64,000 bases of DNA from an uncultured virus (IMG/VR IMGVR_UViG_3300024999_000085) (taxonomy: Duplodnaviria; Heunggongvirae; Uroviricota; Caudoviricetes): the IMG/VR virus record IMGVR_UViG_3300024999_000085. The stretch is one strand, 5' to 3'. The notes under the pieces were generated by a model that was not told where the DNA came from, made no database searches, and saw only the letters and a program-made list of their open reading frames with translations. Below are positions 10,640 to 21,933 of this stretch, piece by piece. Position 1 is the first letter of the stretch, and each line of letters begins with the position of its first letter. The position numbers and the translations under genes were made by a program.

Positions 10640-10828
10640 CTATTCAATCTCAACATAATCTGCAAATATTCTTAATACTTCGTTATAACTACTAGAATCA
10701 AAAACTCTATCAGTCATTTCTTTTACTTGGTCATGTAAATTATTTTCTTTTAATACTCTTGATACTTTACTGAGTAAGTTGAAAACATTACCATCTTCAC
10801 CTATAAATTTACATGTTGGTTTATTCAT
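10640..10828 (-). CDS. conserved small phage protein
   Basis: IGEDGNVFNL motif, RBS. Confidence 0.75.
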   Translation of the reverse strand: MNKPTCKFIGEDGNVFNLLSKVSRVLKENNLHDQVKEMTDRVFDSSSYNEVLRIFADYVEIE

Positions 10829-10883
10829 GATATGCTATTCATCCTCCTGTTATACTGTTATATGATTAATTTATATTATACCA

Positions 10884-11228
10884 TTAATCCCAAACAAATT
10901 CATCATGAATCGCGAATCCTTCCTCATCAAATATTCTATCAGAAGGCATATATTCGGTAAATATTATATTTATGTTATTTGACAATTCATCTGGCAATTT
11001 ACCAAACATTGCAGTAACATTTCTCTGTCCACTTCTCTCACCTGTGAAATAGATAAATTTATCGCCTTTTGAGAATTTTAATTTTCCTTTAATATTTTTC
11101 TGCAATGTGATAATTGCTCTAGGATATGCCATTACATACTCAAAATGTGATTTACCTAGTTTTTTGATGATGGGAATTAATTCGTCTACTTCACCATTCA
11201 TTGTGACGTAACTTTCTTGATAACCCAT
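10884..11228 (-). CDS. hypothetical protein
   Basis: GGGAGG RBS. Confidence 0.75.
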   Translation of the reverse strand: MGYQESYVTMNGEVDELIPIIKKLGKSHFEYVMAYPRAIITLQKNIKGKLKFSKGDKFIYFTGERSGQRNVTAMFGKLPDELSNNINIIFTEYMPSDRIFDEEGFAIHDEFVWD

Positions 11229-11302
11229 AATATTGTTCCTCCCTTAAATTTTAAAATTATGATCAAATCACGATTTGGTGTCAACTTTTCATTTATTATT
11301 TA

Positions 11303-11641
11303 TTAACTATAATCCAAAGGAACATCACTTTCCATCAAATCCTCATCAAATTCAAAATTATATTTTTCTTTAAGTTCTGCAATAAGTTTTTCTTTTAGTC
11401 TAAATAAATCTACTGCCAAACTACCACAACTATGTGAAGTATGTCTTAATAATATACATGATTGCTTCAATGCTATTATTTGATTCAACATTTCACACAT
11501 ATCATAATTTTCTTCATACAATTTTTCAATTTCTTCTTCTGTATATCCTTTTTCTTCTAGGTAAACTTCTACAACAAATATTCTATAAGGAATCATTCTA
11601 CCATCAATACTTAATGGTTTATTTATATACTTTCTTTTCAT
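11303..11641 (-). CDS. hypothetical protein
   Basis: AGGAGG RBS. Confidence 0.75.
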   Translation of the reverse strand: MKRKYINKPLSIDGRMIPYRIFVVEVYLEEKGYTEEEIEKLYEENYDMCEMLNQIIALKQSCILLRHTSHSCGSLAVDLFRLKEKLIAELKEKYNFEFDEDLMESDVPLDYS

Positions 11642-11889
11642 GTAATTACCTCCTTTAAATTTTAAAATTATTAATCAGCAAAATCTCACCACATATAAAT
11701 GCTATTATAAAAAGCAGTATAAAAATATTAATTACCCATACTCTTATTAGATATTCCCTGTTTAAAATGTTTTGTATAAAACACCATGAGAAACCAAGTA
11801 TGAGCATACCTAATATTATTATAAAACAAATATAGAGAATATTAAATAATATATCTAATCACCTCTTTAATTTAATTTATTCTTATACA

Positions 11890-12037
11890 GGAAGGAGATT
11901 CCTCTGAGATTTTACTCCCAGAGGAATGGATCACAATCTACCAAGCCATCATGCTAATGGTATTTATATTACTGACATTTATAACTTATTCGCTATTTGC
12001 CCGAATAGCAAGTTTTAAATGTCAAGGTTGGATTTAG
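11890..12037. ncRNA. putative structured intergenic RNA
   Basis: stems TGACATTTA/TAAATGTCA, GCTATT/AATAGC, CCAT/ATGG and ATTCCTCTG/CAGAGGAAT. Confidence 0.4.
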
Positions 12038-12038
12038 G

Positions 12039-12482
12039 TTAGAATCCTGTTTGTCTGGTATAAAAATTAATACTACCTTTACCAATCACTCTTACTTCTT
12101 CATCATTTTCTATATATCCTTCTTCATTTTTATATTCTACTCCAACAACTTCAATCACTACATCTCCATCAAAATCCTTAATCAATGTTGTTGTCCAAAG
12201 TCTATTAAGATGATAATCAAAATCAGGATTATATTTTAATACTTCATCTAATAAGAACACACTGACTAATCCTGCATCTGCACAAAATTGTCCTATTGGT
12301 TCATGAGTATCATTATTAAAAGTAGTACATGACCAATCACCATAAATTGTGTCTCTTGTGAGATATGTTTTAATACCTAACTTCTCCATATTCTCACCGT
12401 ATTCGCATAGCTCCCAATCATTTGTATCATTTTTTGTGATATAACATGGATCTGTTATGATAATGTCACCTTTAAATTTCAT
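12039..12482 (-). CDS. conserved phage hypothetical protein
   Basis: GDIIITDPCY, YGDWSC, FCADAG motifs; RBS. Confidence 0.8.
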   Translation of the reverse strand: MKFKGDIIITDPCYITKNDTNDWELCEYGENMEKLGIKTYLTRDTIYGDWSCTTFNNDTHEPIGQFCADAGLVSVFLLDEVLKYNPDFDYHLNRLWTTTLIKDFDGDVVIEVVGVEYKNEEGYIENDEEVRVIGKGSINFYTRQTGF

Positions 12483-12509
12483 ATTATCAATCTCCTTTAA
12501 TTTAATAGT

Positions 12510-12923
12510 TTACATACCAACCATCTTATAAAAATAGTTAGCTGCTTTGCTATCATCACCATCATACTTATAAACAATAGTGCCAACCAAACACCTATCT
12601 AAAGTATGGTAGGATGCAGGAATACTCTTATAATCTATATACGCATGGTATAAGGTTTCACCATTAAGACTACTTATATATTCAAAGATAACGTATTCAC
12701 CTACGCAATAAACATTAGTTACTACACCCCAATTAAATTCTAATCTTAAGTAATCAATTTTCTCATTATGTGTAGTTTCTTCAATACTATTTTCTGTTAC
12801 TACATCTAATTCATGATAAGAATATCTACCAAAATTAACAGGTAAGAATAATAAATTTCCTTTATCGTCTTTTACTAATTTGCCTAATACATGATTATGT
12901 TTTACAATATCGCCAGATTTCAT
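12510..12923 (-). CDS. hypothetical protein
   Basis: AAGGAG RBS. Confidence 0.75.
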   Translation of the reverse strand: MKSGDIVKHNHVLGKLVKDDKGNLLFLPVNFGRYSYHELDVVTENSIEETTHNEKIDYLRLEFNWGVVTNVYCVGEYVIFEYISSLNGETLYHAYIDYKSIPASYHTLDRCLVGTIVYKYDGDDSKAANYFYKMVGM

Positions 12924-12953
12924 TATATCAATCTCCTTTTCTTCTATTGTATT

Positions 12954-13145
12954 TTACTCTTTATCAATAATCTTAGTCAAGACTATCTGACTATATTCAT
13001 TGACTTCCATTAGCATTGAATCACCTTCGGACAAACTGTTCATACCTATCTTTTCTCTTATTTCTCTTGGAATATGTATTCTACACAAATCATCAAGTTT
13101 TCTTACTACTTTGTTTGCTGATTTATTATCAATTTTATTTTCTAT
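12954..13145 (-). CDS. AbrB/MazE/SpoVT-family DNA-binding protein (ATA start)
   Basis: Absent from the ORF track; translates ...VRKLDDLCRIHIPREIREKIGMNSLSEGDSMLMEVNEYSQIVLTK; TTGACT...TATAAT promoter upstream. Confidence 0.75.
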   Translation of the reverse strand: MENKIDNKSANKVVRKLDDLCRIHIPREIREKIGMNSLSEGDSMLMEVNEYSQIVLTKIIDKE

Positions 13146-13481
13146 GATTCACTCACTCCTTACAATAACAATTATATTATACTTCTGTTCAGAAGTCAAG
13201 AAAATCTTTACTAATATTTTTAATTTATTTTATGATTTATTGATTTATTTTTACATATTACATATTACATATTATTTACCACCAAATATTGCTAATAAGA
13301 TAATGCCAAGTATGATTGCACCCATTTTGAACACTCCCTTATATTTGTTTGGTTTGGTTATTATTATTTTATTTTTTATTTTATTTTATTAAGCCACACA
13401 TTGAAAATAGTATAATAAGTGCAAATATCGTAATCATTTTTAATCACTCCTTTCTTTTGGATTATTATGTAGGATTTTATA

Positions 13482-14364
13482 TTATATATAATTATGAATT
13501 TTTCTATGACATCTATCACATACTGCAATTAAATCTTCATCTCTTTCATTACCTCTACTATTATATGTATTATGATGAACACGTAATTTATCTTTGCTAC
13601 TACATATTTGACATTTGTGATTTGCTCTAATTAATGCTCTTTCTCTAACATTCTCCCAATGTTCTGTTTGTAGATATTCGTCATAAGACATAGTATTTAA
13701 TTTTATATATTCATCTAAATTAAAAAGTGGATTAATAGTTTTTTGATATTCAATAAATTTCTTTTCATCTTCTATATCTTCTTTTTCTTTTTCCCTTTTT
13801 AAATGTTCTTTTTCTATTATATTTTTTATTATATCATATTTACATTTTTTACATATAGGTTTAAATTCATTTGTATCTTTAATATTATCATAATTAGTAT
13901 AATTTATTAAATTCTCAAAATTATAAAAAGTGGTTATTATATTTTTTTCTATAATTATCTATAACATTTTTATATATTTTATTATTTTTAGTAAAGTTTT
14001 GTAATATATCATGTCTTGTTACTGGATAATATTCTAATTCTTCTATATTACAATTTCCACATTTATAAACAATTTTAACATAATCATTAGGCATTAATGT
14101 GAATTTATCTTTCTCTATACCTATATGTCCTTTTAAATAATCCATTGATAATCTGTAAGTTTCCCAAAAGTAATATTTAATTATATTCATATCAGTTATT
14201 ATTTTATTATCTAATTTATTATCTAAGATATCTTTTATGTAATCTTCCTTTTCTGTTTTATTTGTTGATTTATTATGTATATACTTAAATTTATTTAATA
14301 AATCAATATTACATTCGTCTACTATATTTTCTTTCCATATAAATTCCATAATATTTTCCTCCAT
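13482..14364 (-). pseudogene. Zn-finger plus C-terminal HNH endonuclease, frameshifted near 13925-13960
   Basis: ORF 13921..14364 (CGNC) continues in another open frame (CKKC) into 13482..13691 (CQIC...VHHNTY...CDRCH). Confidence 0.65.
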
Positions 14365-14402
14365 TTTTAATTATAATATTGTATATGTATAATTTGTAAT
14401 TA

Positions 14403-15860
14403 TTAAAATTCGTCTGCATAATTATATTCTTGATTATCTCTATATTTCTTGGCATTCCTATCTAAATTTTCTTGATTATCTATACATTTTTGACACCAAT
14501 TTTTTCTATTAGTTATTTCAGTATATTCTTTTCTACAGATGACACATATTTTAACTTTTATTTCTGATTCTAGTTCATCATCCCAAATATCATTAATATC
14601 TATTTCTTTTAATTCATCTTGGAGTTGTTTAGTTAATTTTAAACTCTCAGGAATATCTTTAAATATCTCATCATTATTTATAGTATTAATTATATCTGTC
14701 ATTATATCATCAGGATTCATTTGACCATCTTTATATTGTTGATCATTTTCTTCTTCATATGCTCTTTCTGCTTTAGCATCAAATCCCTTATCATCATATA
14801 TCTCAGATAAAGATTTATTAGGATTTTCAGATTTTAATTTGTTCTCTTCAATTTCCCTAATATCTATCCCTTCATTATATTCTACCTTCCACTTTTCTTG
14901 TTTCTTTTTTAATACTTTTAACTCTTTCTTTTGAGACTGAGTTAATGTTTTATTCTTAAATAATTTCTCTAGCATATTTATCTTTTGAGTTATCGATCTT
15001 TTCTCATCTGCTGATATTTCTTTTTCTTTAGTCAAAAATGACCATCCTTCTGCTCTTTTATGATTCTTAAATAAAGATATTGCATTTTCTAACTCAGTTT
15101 CACATCCTGATTTAAATACTACATAGGTAAAATTTGCTTTTCTTCTAATAGGTTTGTCGTTATTATTTTTCATAACCATATCTCCAGCATAACTAAACCT
15201 AATTAAATTCAATTTAACTAATTCATCAATATATAATCGTAAAGTTTTTGCAGATTCTATAAATATATCTTCCATAATAACTTTATAACTAGGATACGAT
15301 ACTTCTGGTTTTCTTTTTGAAACTAAAGTATCAGCAGAATTAATAAATATTCTACTCTTTATATTACAAAATAAATTCAATAGATTATACTTGTCTAATT
15401 CACCAAAATACTCATTCATAATTTTATTATACTCTGAATCAAGTAGAATAAAATATTTTATTTTTTGAGGTTTGCCGTTTTTATCATTTTTATAATCATA
15501 AATATTTAACTTTGCAACTATAAAATCATTAGAAGATAATGTCTTTAAATCAATTTCATTAATAAAACTAATTAAAGATATTTTATGTATATTTATTAGA
15601 AATTGTTTTAAATATTTTCTTTCTTTTTTAATATTTAAACTTTCTTTAAGTCCCATTTTCCATAAAATCATATCAATAGTAAAATGAATATCTCCTCTAA
15701 TATTTTGCAACTCAATTAATTGCTTAAAATATACTACTGATTTTTTACCATATAATTGAATTATACTAGGTTCATTTATAGTTTCATTTGTATCTTTATT
15801 GATAATATTTTGAACTATATTATTAGATATTTGATTAAAATTATTTACTTCATTGCTCAT
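14403..15860 (-). CDS. putative replication initiator / wHTH DNA-binding protein
   Basis: YPSYKVIMEDIFIESAKTLRLYIDELVKLNLI HTH-like segment; C-terminal CxxC...CxxC; palindromic repeats upstream. Confidence 0.5.
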   Translation of the reverse strand: MSNEVNNFNQISNNIVQNIINKDTNETINEPSIIQLYGKKSVVYFKQLIELQNIRGDIHFTIDMILWKMGLKESLNIKKERKYLKQFLINIHKISLISFINEIDLKTLSSNDFIVAKLNIYDYKNDKNGKPQKIKYFILLDSEYNKIMNEYFGELDKYNLLNLFCNIKSRIFINSADTLVSKRKPEVSYPSYKVIMEDIFIESAKTLRLYIDELVKLNLIRFSYAGDMVMKNNNDKPIRRKANFTYVVFKSGCETELENAISLFKNHKRAEGWSFLTKEKEISADEKRSITQKINMLEKLFKNKTLTQSQKKELKVLKKKQEKWKVEYNEGIDIREIEENKLKSENPNKSLSEIYDDKGFDAKAERAYEEENDQQYKDGQMNPDDIMTDIINTINNDEIFKDIPESLKLTKQLQDELKEIDINDIWDDELESEIKVKICVICRKEYTEITNRKNWCQKCIDNQENLDRNAKKYRDNQEYNYADEF

Positions 15861-16001
15861 TATTATTTATATTATCCTTTCTTATTAGATTCTTTTGTGT
15901 TAAATTCTGAAATATTTCAGAATTTTAATATACTTATTATATTTTTGTTATTTATTATTCTCATATTGTTATATATTAGTTGTTATTATTACACTTATAT
16001 G

Positions 16002-16107
16002 GAGTACCCTAGTAGGGACTAAAAACTAATTTTTTACTTAAACTAATAGTCCCTATTGGGTACTCAAAATCAATTTACACTTATATTAATAGTCCCTACT
16101 AGGGACT
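16002..16107. repeat. three related palindromic sites AGTCCCTAnTAGGGACT (iteron/operator-like)
   Basis: 16002-16021, 16047-16065, 16091-16107. Confidence 0.8.
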
Positions 16108-16138
16108 TTTAGAAAAACACTCCTATTTTTCAATGGTT

Positions 16139-16315
16139 TTATGTATTATAATTTTGCATTACCTTTCCAATCTTACCTTCAGTATCATCAAATACAAATA
16201 CTGTTCTTTTATGATCATCTCTTAATGGTTTAAGATCAATAATTCTGAAACCTTGTTTCAATAAATATTTAGCCATTGTTGATGCGACAATACATTTTAC
16301 TTTATTATCATTCAT
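16139..16315 (-). CDS. DUF5659-like small protein
   Basis: 58 aa, below the ORF cutoff: MAKYLLKQGFRIIDLKP...TVFVFDDT; RBS and promoter upstream. Confidence 0.65.
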   Translation of the reverse strand: MNDNKVKCIVASTMAKYLLKQGFRIIDLKPLRDDHKRTVFVFDDTEGKIGKVMQNYNT

Positions 16316-16947
16316 AATTAATCTTCCTTTCTAACTCTATAAGTATTTCTTTGTAGATCTATAATTGATTGATTATTATACCATATTCTTCAAGTCATAA
16401 TACCACATCCCTTCACTTAATATTTTACAAATACAAAATACAAATAGAGTATTTTTCAACTCTATTTGTATTATACAATTATATTTAACATTTGTCAACA
16501 ACTATTTTCTCATTATAAATTTATACTGTTTGCCATTCTTGGTATTTAGTAACCGTTGCCTATATTATATATCTTTCATTAAAAAATTCAAAATGGTTGA
16601 TACTAAGCCAGTTCCTACAACTCCTGCACCTAAAATAATTATTGAATTATCAATATGTAATCCATATATACCCAATCCTAAAAATAATAAATCAAGTATT
16701 ACTAACAAATATATTATAATCATAATTTACACCTCATTCTTCTATTATTTTATAATTTATTAATGCATCTGTAAGTGCATTAATAATATCTTGTTTTTCT
16801 TCATAATTCATATCATCCCAACCTCTAAGATACCTTCTCTTTGCATTAAGATTATGAGAATTACTAAATTTCTCTGCAATTTTTATAATTTGTTTTTCTT
16901 TCATAATTGTTTTTCTCCTTATATATTATAATTTTGTAAATATTTAA

Positions 16948-17241
16948 TTATTCAATCCTTTTAACATATTCTAATATATTACACACTTCATCTTCAGTAT
17001 AACAAATAACTGCACCACTTTTTTCATTCTCATTGAATCTATCTAGCAAACTCCAGTTAAAATATCCATCATAATCACAAACCGCAACGGAATATGAATA
17101 TTCTTTGTTAATAATACTTACAACATATCCATTAGGAAATATAATAGAACTTCCATAAATAGAGTGTTCCGTCATTCTAACTTCTCTCATTTGATTAATC
17201 ACATATTCTAAACCTTCGTTAACATAATCTTGTATTGTCAT
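16948..17241 (-). CDS. conserved phage hypothetical protein
   Basis: FPNGYVVSII...YSVAV, RBS. Confidence 0.75.
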   Translation of the reverse strand: MTIQDYVNEGLEYVINQMREVRMTEHSIYGSSIIFPNGYVVSIINKEYSYSVAVCDYDGYFNWSLLDRFNENEKSGAVICYTEDEVCNILEYVKRIE

Positions 17242-17257
17242 AATTTACATTCCTCCT

Positions 17258-17470
17258 TTAAGTTATATTAATTCTTTCAATATTTTTCATGTTTAAATAA
17301 GTATATTGTTTTTGCCCAGTTTTAATTACTATACTATCAATATTTACTAAATTATCATAAAGTTTTTTAGTAATTTCTTCATACTGATTTTCATTTGTAT
17401 ACTCTTCAACAAACAAATAAAATTTTTCTTGTGTACCACTTTTATAAAGAACATCTAAAATAAGATTCAT
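17258..17470 (-). CDS. hypothetical protein
   Basis: AGGAGG RBS. Confidence 0.7.
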   Translation of the reverse strand: MNLILDVLYKSGTQEKFYLFVEEYTNENQYEEITKKLYDNLVNIDSIVIKTGQKQYTYLNMKNIERINIT

Positions 17471-17912
17471 ATTATTCTCCTCCTATTGTAATTTTCTCAT
17501 TTCATTTCTTTTCTTAATCAATTTCTTTATTATTTCACTCTGACTATTTAACCTATGCCTTATATCCTCCGCACATCTCTCAGGATTATTATAATACTCA
17601 GATCCACCTACAGTTAATCCTTCTAGTGCTTTTCTGTATCTGTGCAATAAGTATTCATTCATAAATTCACCTCAATTTAAATAATAATCTATGACAATTT
17701 TAATAATAGTTTTCTTGAATTATCTTTCTCACCGTCCGTTGTTGCATGGTCGTTAATCATTGCTAATAATTTTTCACGTTTACCTTCAATTTTCTTACGT
17801 CTTTTTCTATCTTCTATTATTGCTTCATCCCATTCATATGAAAAACGCAATTAATATCACCTCTTAGTTTTAACAAACTTTCTCTTTTATAATGATTTTA
17901 CATAATTTAACT

Positions 17913-17956
17913 ACTACATATAGTATAAGTTAAAACACTTAAATACTATATGTAGT
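17913..17956. promoter_or_regulatory. tandem NrdR-box-like pair
   Basis: ACTACATATAGT (17913) and ACTATATGTAGT (17945), 32 bp apart. Confidence 0.5.
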
Positions 17957-18192
17957 AGTTATAGGATATCTCATATGATATTTATTTTATTTCAATTACA
18001 AAACAACCACCAACATCATTCATATAAATTCCTGCATCTTCCATAGAATCAAATTCAATTCCTTTTTCTTCAACCATTCCATAATCTAAATCCTTTTTAA
18101 CAATAATCATATTATTTCCTCCTTAAAATTATATTATAATACTCATCCTCTCAAAGAACACTAAATACATTTCTTCAAGAGAATGATAAATA

Positions 18193-18879
18193 CTACAAAT
18201 TACATCCAATCATTTTACTACTTCCGTTAAAATTATTACCACTCCTATAACCTGCACTCCTTGCATTTTCATCCCTATTAGCAGTTATCTTACTTCTTTG
18301 CCCTGTTCTTAACTTCATTTTTTCAACTTCCGCAACAACTAATGCATCCTTAACAAGTATCAATCCATATTCTTTCACAGATTCTACTTGCTTTTTAAAC
18401 TTATCCTCTAATCCCTTTAGCCAACCAATGATAAAATCATTCTTTAAACCTGCTGATTTACCTGTTTTCTTATTCATTTTAACATACATTTTACTTTGGT
18501 GTTCTATTGTTCTTACTGCACAATTATAAATCTCAGTAGCAATATTAACATCTTCTTCTAATCCAATGATGCAGATTCTAGTATTCGTACTCATAAAAGA
18601 TGTAAATGATTTACAACGGAAGTTATTGCTAATTATATTTGCTAATTGTTTCTTCCACCATGCCATTCTGGAGGATTCATCTATAGAGGTATTTAAGACA
18701 TTCTTTGTATTTGATTCTTCAATGTTATCAACATCATTCATAGTTAGACCATGTTTAATTAAAAGCATTTGAGCCTTGAGAAAAGAATTTTGTGATTCAT
18801 CTGCTGAAGTATTATTTTCTGCAAGTGCTAATAGTTTTTTAACTTTACTTAGGATTGTTTCTTGTTGCTCTTGTGTCAT
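18193..18879 (-). CDS. DUF2786-domain protein
   Basis: ILSKVKKLLALA...ESQ...KAQMLLIKHGL N-terminus; own promoter. Confidence 0.8.
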   Translation of the reverse strand: MTQEQQETILSKVKKLLALAENNTSADESQNSFLKAQMLLIKHGLTMNDVDNIEESNTKNVLNTSIDESSRMAWWKKQLANIISNNFRCKSFTSFMSTNTRICIIGLEEDVNIATEIYNCAVRTIEHQSKMYVKMNKKTGKSAGLKNDFIIGWLKGLEDKFKKQVESVKEYGLILVKDALVVAEVEKMKLRTGQRSKITANRDENARSAGYRSGNNFNGSSKMIGCNL

Positions 18880-19091
18880 TGTTGTATTCCTCCTTAGATT
18901 TCATATGTAATTTTGCTTAATTATTATATTTACATTCTTATTATAGCATTTCTATATTTACATTGCAAGAGTTAATTTAAATTTCTGAATAATATTTTAA
19001 ATAAATTTAGCAAACTAAATAGATAATTTTTTTTAATTAATCTTAAAGTTTGCTAAATGTTAGAATGTATTAAATTATAGAATTCTTTGTA

Positions 19092-19322
19092 TTACCTTTG
19101 ACTTTTATATTCTTCTGCTAATTCTAATGCTTTATTATATTCTTCGGGATTATTTTCTATACCTCTATTCCATCCTGCACTTATAAATATTAAATCATTA
19201 ACATTTTTATTAACCATTGCTAATTGCGCTAATAAATCTGCTTCTTTAATGTCATTTATACAATCATATAGAATAGTTTTCTTGTTTGTATTAAAATTTA
19301 TTTTAAATATTGAATATCCCAT
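19092..19322 (-). CDS. hypothetical protein
   Basis: RBS. Confidence 0.7.
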   Translation of the reverse strand: MGYSIFKINFNTNKKTILYDCINDIKEADLLAQLAMVNKNVNDLIFISAGWNRGIENNPEEYNKALELAEEYKSQR

Positions 19323-19432
19323 TATAATTTCTCCTTCCTTAAATTCTTCATAAATATCACATTTTATACTGTTTTTGGATTTTACAAACCCTTATTTTAT
19401 AGGTGTTTAGAGGGTATGGTATTTTTGACTTT

Positions 19433-20035
19433 TTACTCAAATAACTTTATACTCTCTAATTCCTTCATCAAACTAATTTTCCTTGCCATATCTTGAATTT
19501 TCATAACAACATTAACTATATTACCTTTATTCAATACAGAATTTGAACTATAATTTGCATTATTATAATCAATTCTAATAATATTATTTTCATCTCTAGG
19601 TAACTTAATACCTGCAAGGTAAATACTAAAGAATCTACTACCTTTTACTTTATGGTCGAATAATCTTTCCTCATCTGTATATGTGAAATATAAACACTTC
19701 TCAGAATATCCTTGTCTTACATACCATTGATCGATTTTATTGTCACCAATCGGAAATGCCCACAGTGTATCATATTTAAATCCTTCACAATAAGTATTCC
19801 CATCATCTTCAAAGTTAGCACGTTCACCGTATGTTCTTTTAATATCAAAAATCATATTATCAATATTCAATTTTACTTCTTCTGGTAAAATTTTATTGAT
19901 GACATTGACATATTCATTGATATATTTTGAATAGTTTTCAATGTTGTCTTTGATTGTGCTTTGAATATCATCTACTGAAATATGTGTTGTTGTTTCACCT
20001 GTATATAGTTTATCTCTTAAATCTGTGCTTATCAT
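19433..20035 (-). CDS. hypothetical protein
   Basis: GAGGAGG RBS. Confidence 0.75.
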   Translation of the reverse strand: MISTDLRDKLYTGETTTHISVDDIQSTIKDNIENYSKYINEYVNVINKILPEEVKLNIDNMIFDIKRTYGERANFEDDGNTYCEGFKYDTLWAFPIGDNKIDQWYVRQGYSEKCLYFTYTDEERLFDHKVKGSRFFSIYLAGIKLPRDENNIIRIDYNNANYSSNSVLNKGNIVNVVMKIQDMARKISLMKELESIKLFE

Positions 20036-20206
20036 GTTATTTTACCTCCTCAATTTTAATTATAATAGCACTACTCCAACCTCTCCACACAACACCCCAA
20101 TATTTAATATAATTTTTAAAGTATTCTTCTGCATCAGTTATTGATTTAGATTCTACTTCTAATTCAACTATTTTTCCATTAACTTTAATATTTGCAATGT
20201 ATTTAT

Positions 20207-20413
20207 TCATTTTGATTCTCCTCCTTTATTTAATACTAACTTCTGACCATAACCTACACCTAACTTAATCCCATGATATTTATGATTCTCACAAACATAT
20301 GCCCAATAACCACCTCTGGATAATTTCATGTCGTAACATGCTTTATTATTACAGAAATCGCATTTTGGTAGTTCATCAACTATAATTTCATTTTTAGTAT
20401 TGTTATTGCTCAT
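20207..20413 (-). CDS. small Zn-finger protein
   Basis: CDFC...CENH, GYGQKL. Confidence 0.75.
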   Translation of the reverse strand: MSNNNTKNEIIVDELPKCDFCNNKACYDMKLSRGGYWAYVCENHKYHGIKLGVGYGQKLVLNKGGESK

Positions 20414-20440
20414 TATTATTCCTCCTATTCATTTATTACA

Positions 20441-20716
20441 TTAACTATACCATCTTTCAACAATCTCAATTGCCATTTCTTTACCACCTAAATCACTACA
20501 ATCAATCATACCATAATTTATTCTGTCTAGGTAATCATGTTTGCATAATACTCTGGAAATAGTCTCAAAGTCAAATGGTGGATTGTTATTATTAATTCTG
20601 CTTTGACTATGCTGTAACCAACATTTTAGTTTAATTTTGGTCATATCATTCACTATATTATACATAGTATTGTATTCTGATTGTACTTCTTCAAGTTTTT
20701 CTTGGATTGTTGGCAT
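20441..20716 (-). CDS. hypothetical protein
   Basis: AGGAGG RBS. Confidence 0.7.
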   Translation of the reverse strand: MPTIQEKLEEVQSEYNTMYNIVNDMTKIKLKCWLQHSQSRINNNNPPFDFETISRVLCKHDYLDRINYGMIDCSDLGGKEMAIEIVERWYS

Positions 20717-20753
20717 TGTGTTATTGCCTCCTTTGAGTTAATACTAAAATAGT

Positions 20754-21353
20754 TTATTGCCATTTTTCAATACTATAATCTGTGATATCCATATTTTTTG
20801 CAAACAAATTAGCTTTTACTTGTGTTTCAAATAAAAAAGGATGTTCTTTTGTATTATTTCCTTCTTTCAATATCTTCACTATAGTATCTTTTGAAGTCCA
20901 AAAATATCCATTCTCATCCCATGCTGGATTTTGCCAACCAAGATAATCAATTCTATCTGGTTGTGTTCCAAATAATCCACCTTTTGAAGTTATAATATAC
21001 ATATTATTTCTAGATTCTTTTCTTTTATCTCTGCAACTTTTACATCTTTTAGGTTTATGTAATCCTTTTTTATTATAGAAATCAATTTCTCCACCTTTAA
21101 GGATAAACATATTATTACAATCAGCACAATATAGTGTTTCATCTTGCGTTAACCATTCTATACTTTCATTGCCCAATTCTAAATCTTTCATTGTGCAATA
21201 ATGACCATTATCAAGATATAGACAATTTTCATCTGCCTTTATTACTATACCTTCTAATTTTCCTATTTCAGTTCCTCCATATGATTCACGTTTTATTAAT
21301 CTTAGTTTTCTACCTATACAATTTTCTGGATTAAACTTATGAAATGTTGTCAT
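20754..21353 (-). CDS. zinc-ribbon (zf-trcl-like) domain protein
   Basis: CADCNNMF...EIDFYNKKGLHKPKRCKSCR. Confidence 0.8.
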   Translation of the reverse strand: MTTFHKFNPENCIGRKLRLIKRESYGGTEIGKLEGIVIKADENCLYLDNGHYCTMKDLELGNESIEWLTQDETLYCADCNNMFILKGGEIDFYNKKGLHKPKRCKSCRDKRKESRNNMYIITSKGGLFGTQPDRIDYLGWQNPAWDENGYFWTSKDTIVKILKEGNNTKEHPFLFETQVKANLFAKNMDITDYSIEKWQ

Positions 21354-21409
21354 TATTATTTCCTCCTTTTAATTTAAAGTTATGACCAAATAATCACTTC
21401 ATTAAATTA

Positions 21410-21820
21410 TTATATAACTTTTCTGTTCAAAGGTACAACTAATTTTAAATCTGTACTTTTCAACACTCTAGGATTATAAACTTTATCTTCTCTCAGTCTC
21501 AGTAATATTTCATCTTGCCTTTTAATTCTGTTATGAGTATCTTTTAAATCATAAATATTCTTATCACAGAATGATTTTTTAAGATTAACTAATGTTTCTA
21601 CTTCCATCTTACAATCTCTGCGTTTGTTTCTTGCATCTTTAATCATTTTGGCAAGTTTATAACCTTCGGCAACATTAAATTTTCCATTTTCTATAGTATG
21701 TAATAAATCCTGTTCAAGTAAAACCAATTCACGAATATGATAATTGTAATATTTTAAATCATTTTCAATTTCGTCATAGATATTGAGTAATTGCTCAGTA
21801 TACTTTTTAGCTTTACACAT
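21410..21820 (-). CDS. conserved phage coiled-coil protein
   Basis: QDLLHTIE...EGYKLAK...RRDCK...YNPRVL. Confidence 0.75.
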   Translation of the reverse strand: MCKAKKYTEQLLNIYDEIENDLKYYNYHIRELVLLEQDLLHTIENGKFNVAEGYKLAKMIKDARNKRRDCKMEVETLVNLKKSFCDKNIYDLKDTHNRIKRQDEILLRLREDKVYNPRVLKSTDLKLVVPLNRKVI

Positions 21821-21933
21821 TTATATCACCATTCCTTTATTTATTTATTAACTATATTATATCATAGTATATAAACAATGCAACAATTATATTTAAGTTT
21901 TGTTAAATATATTATGATACTTTTGTTATACAA

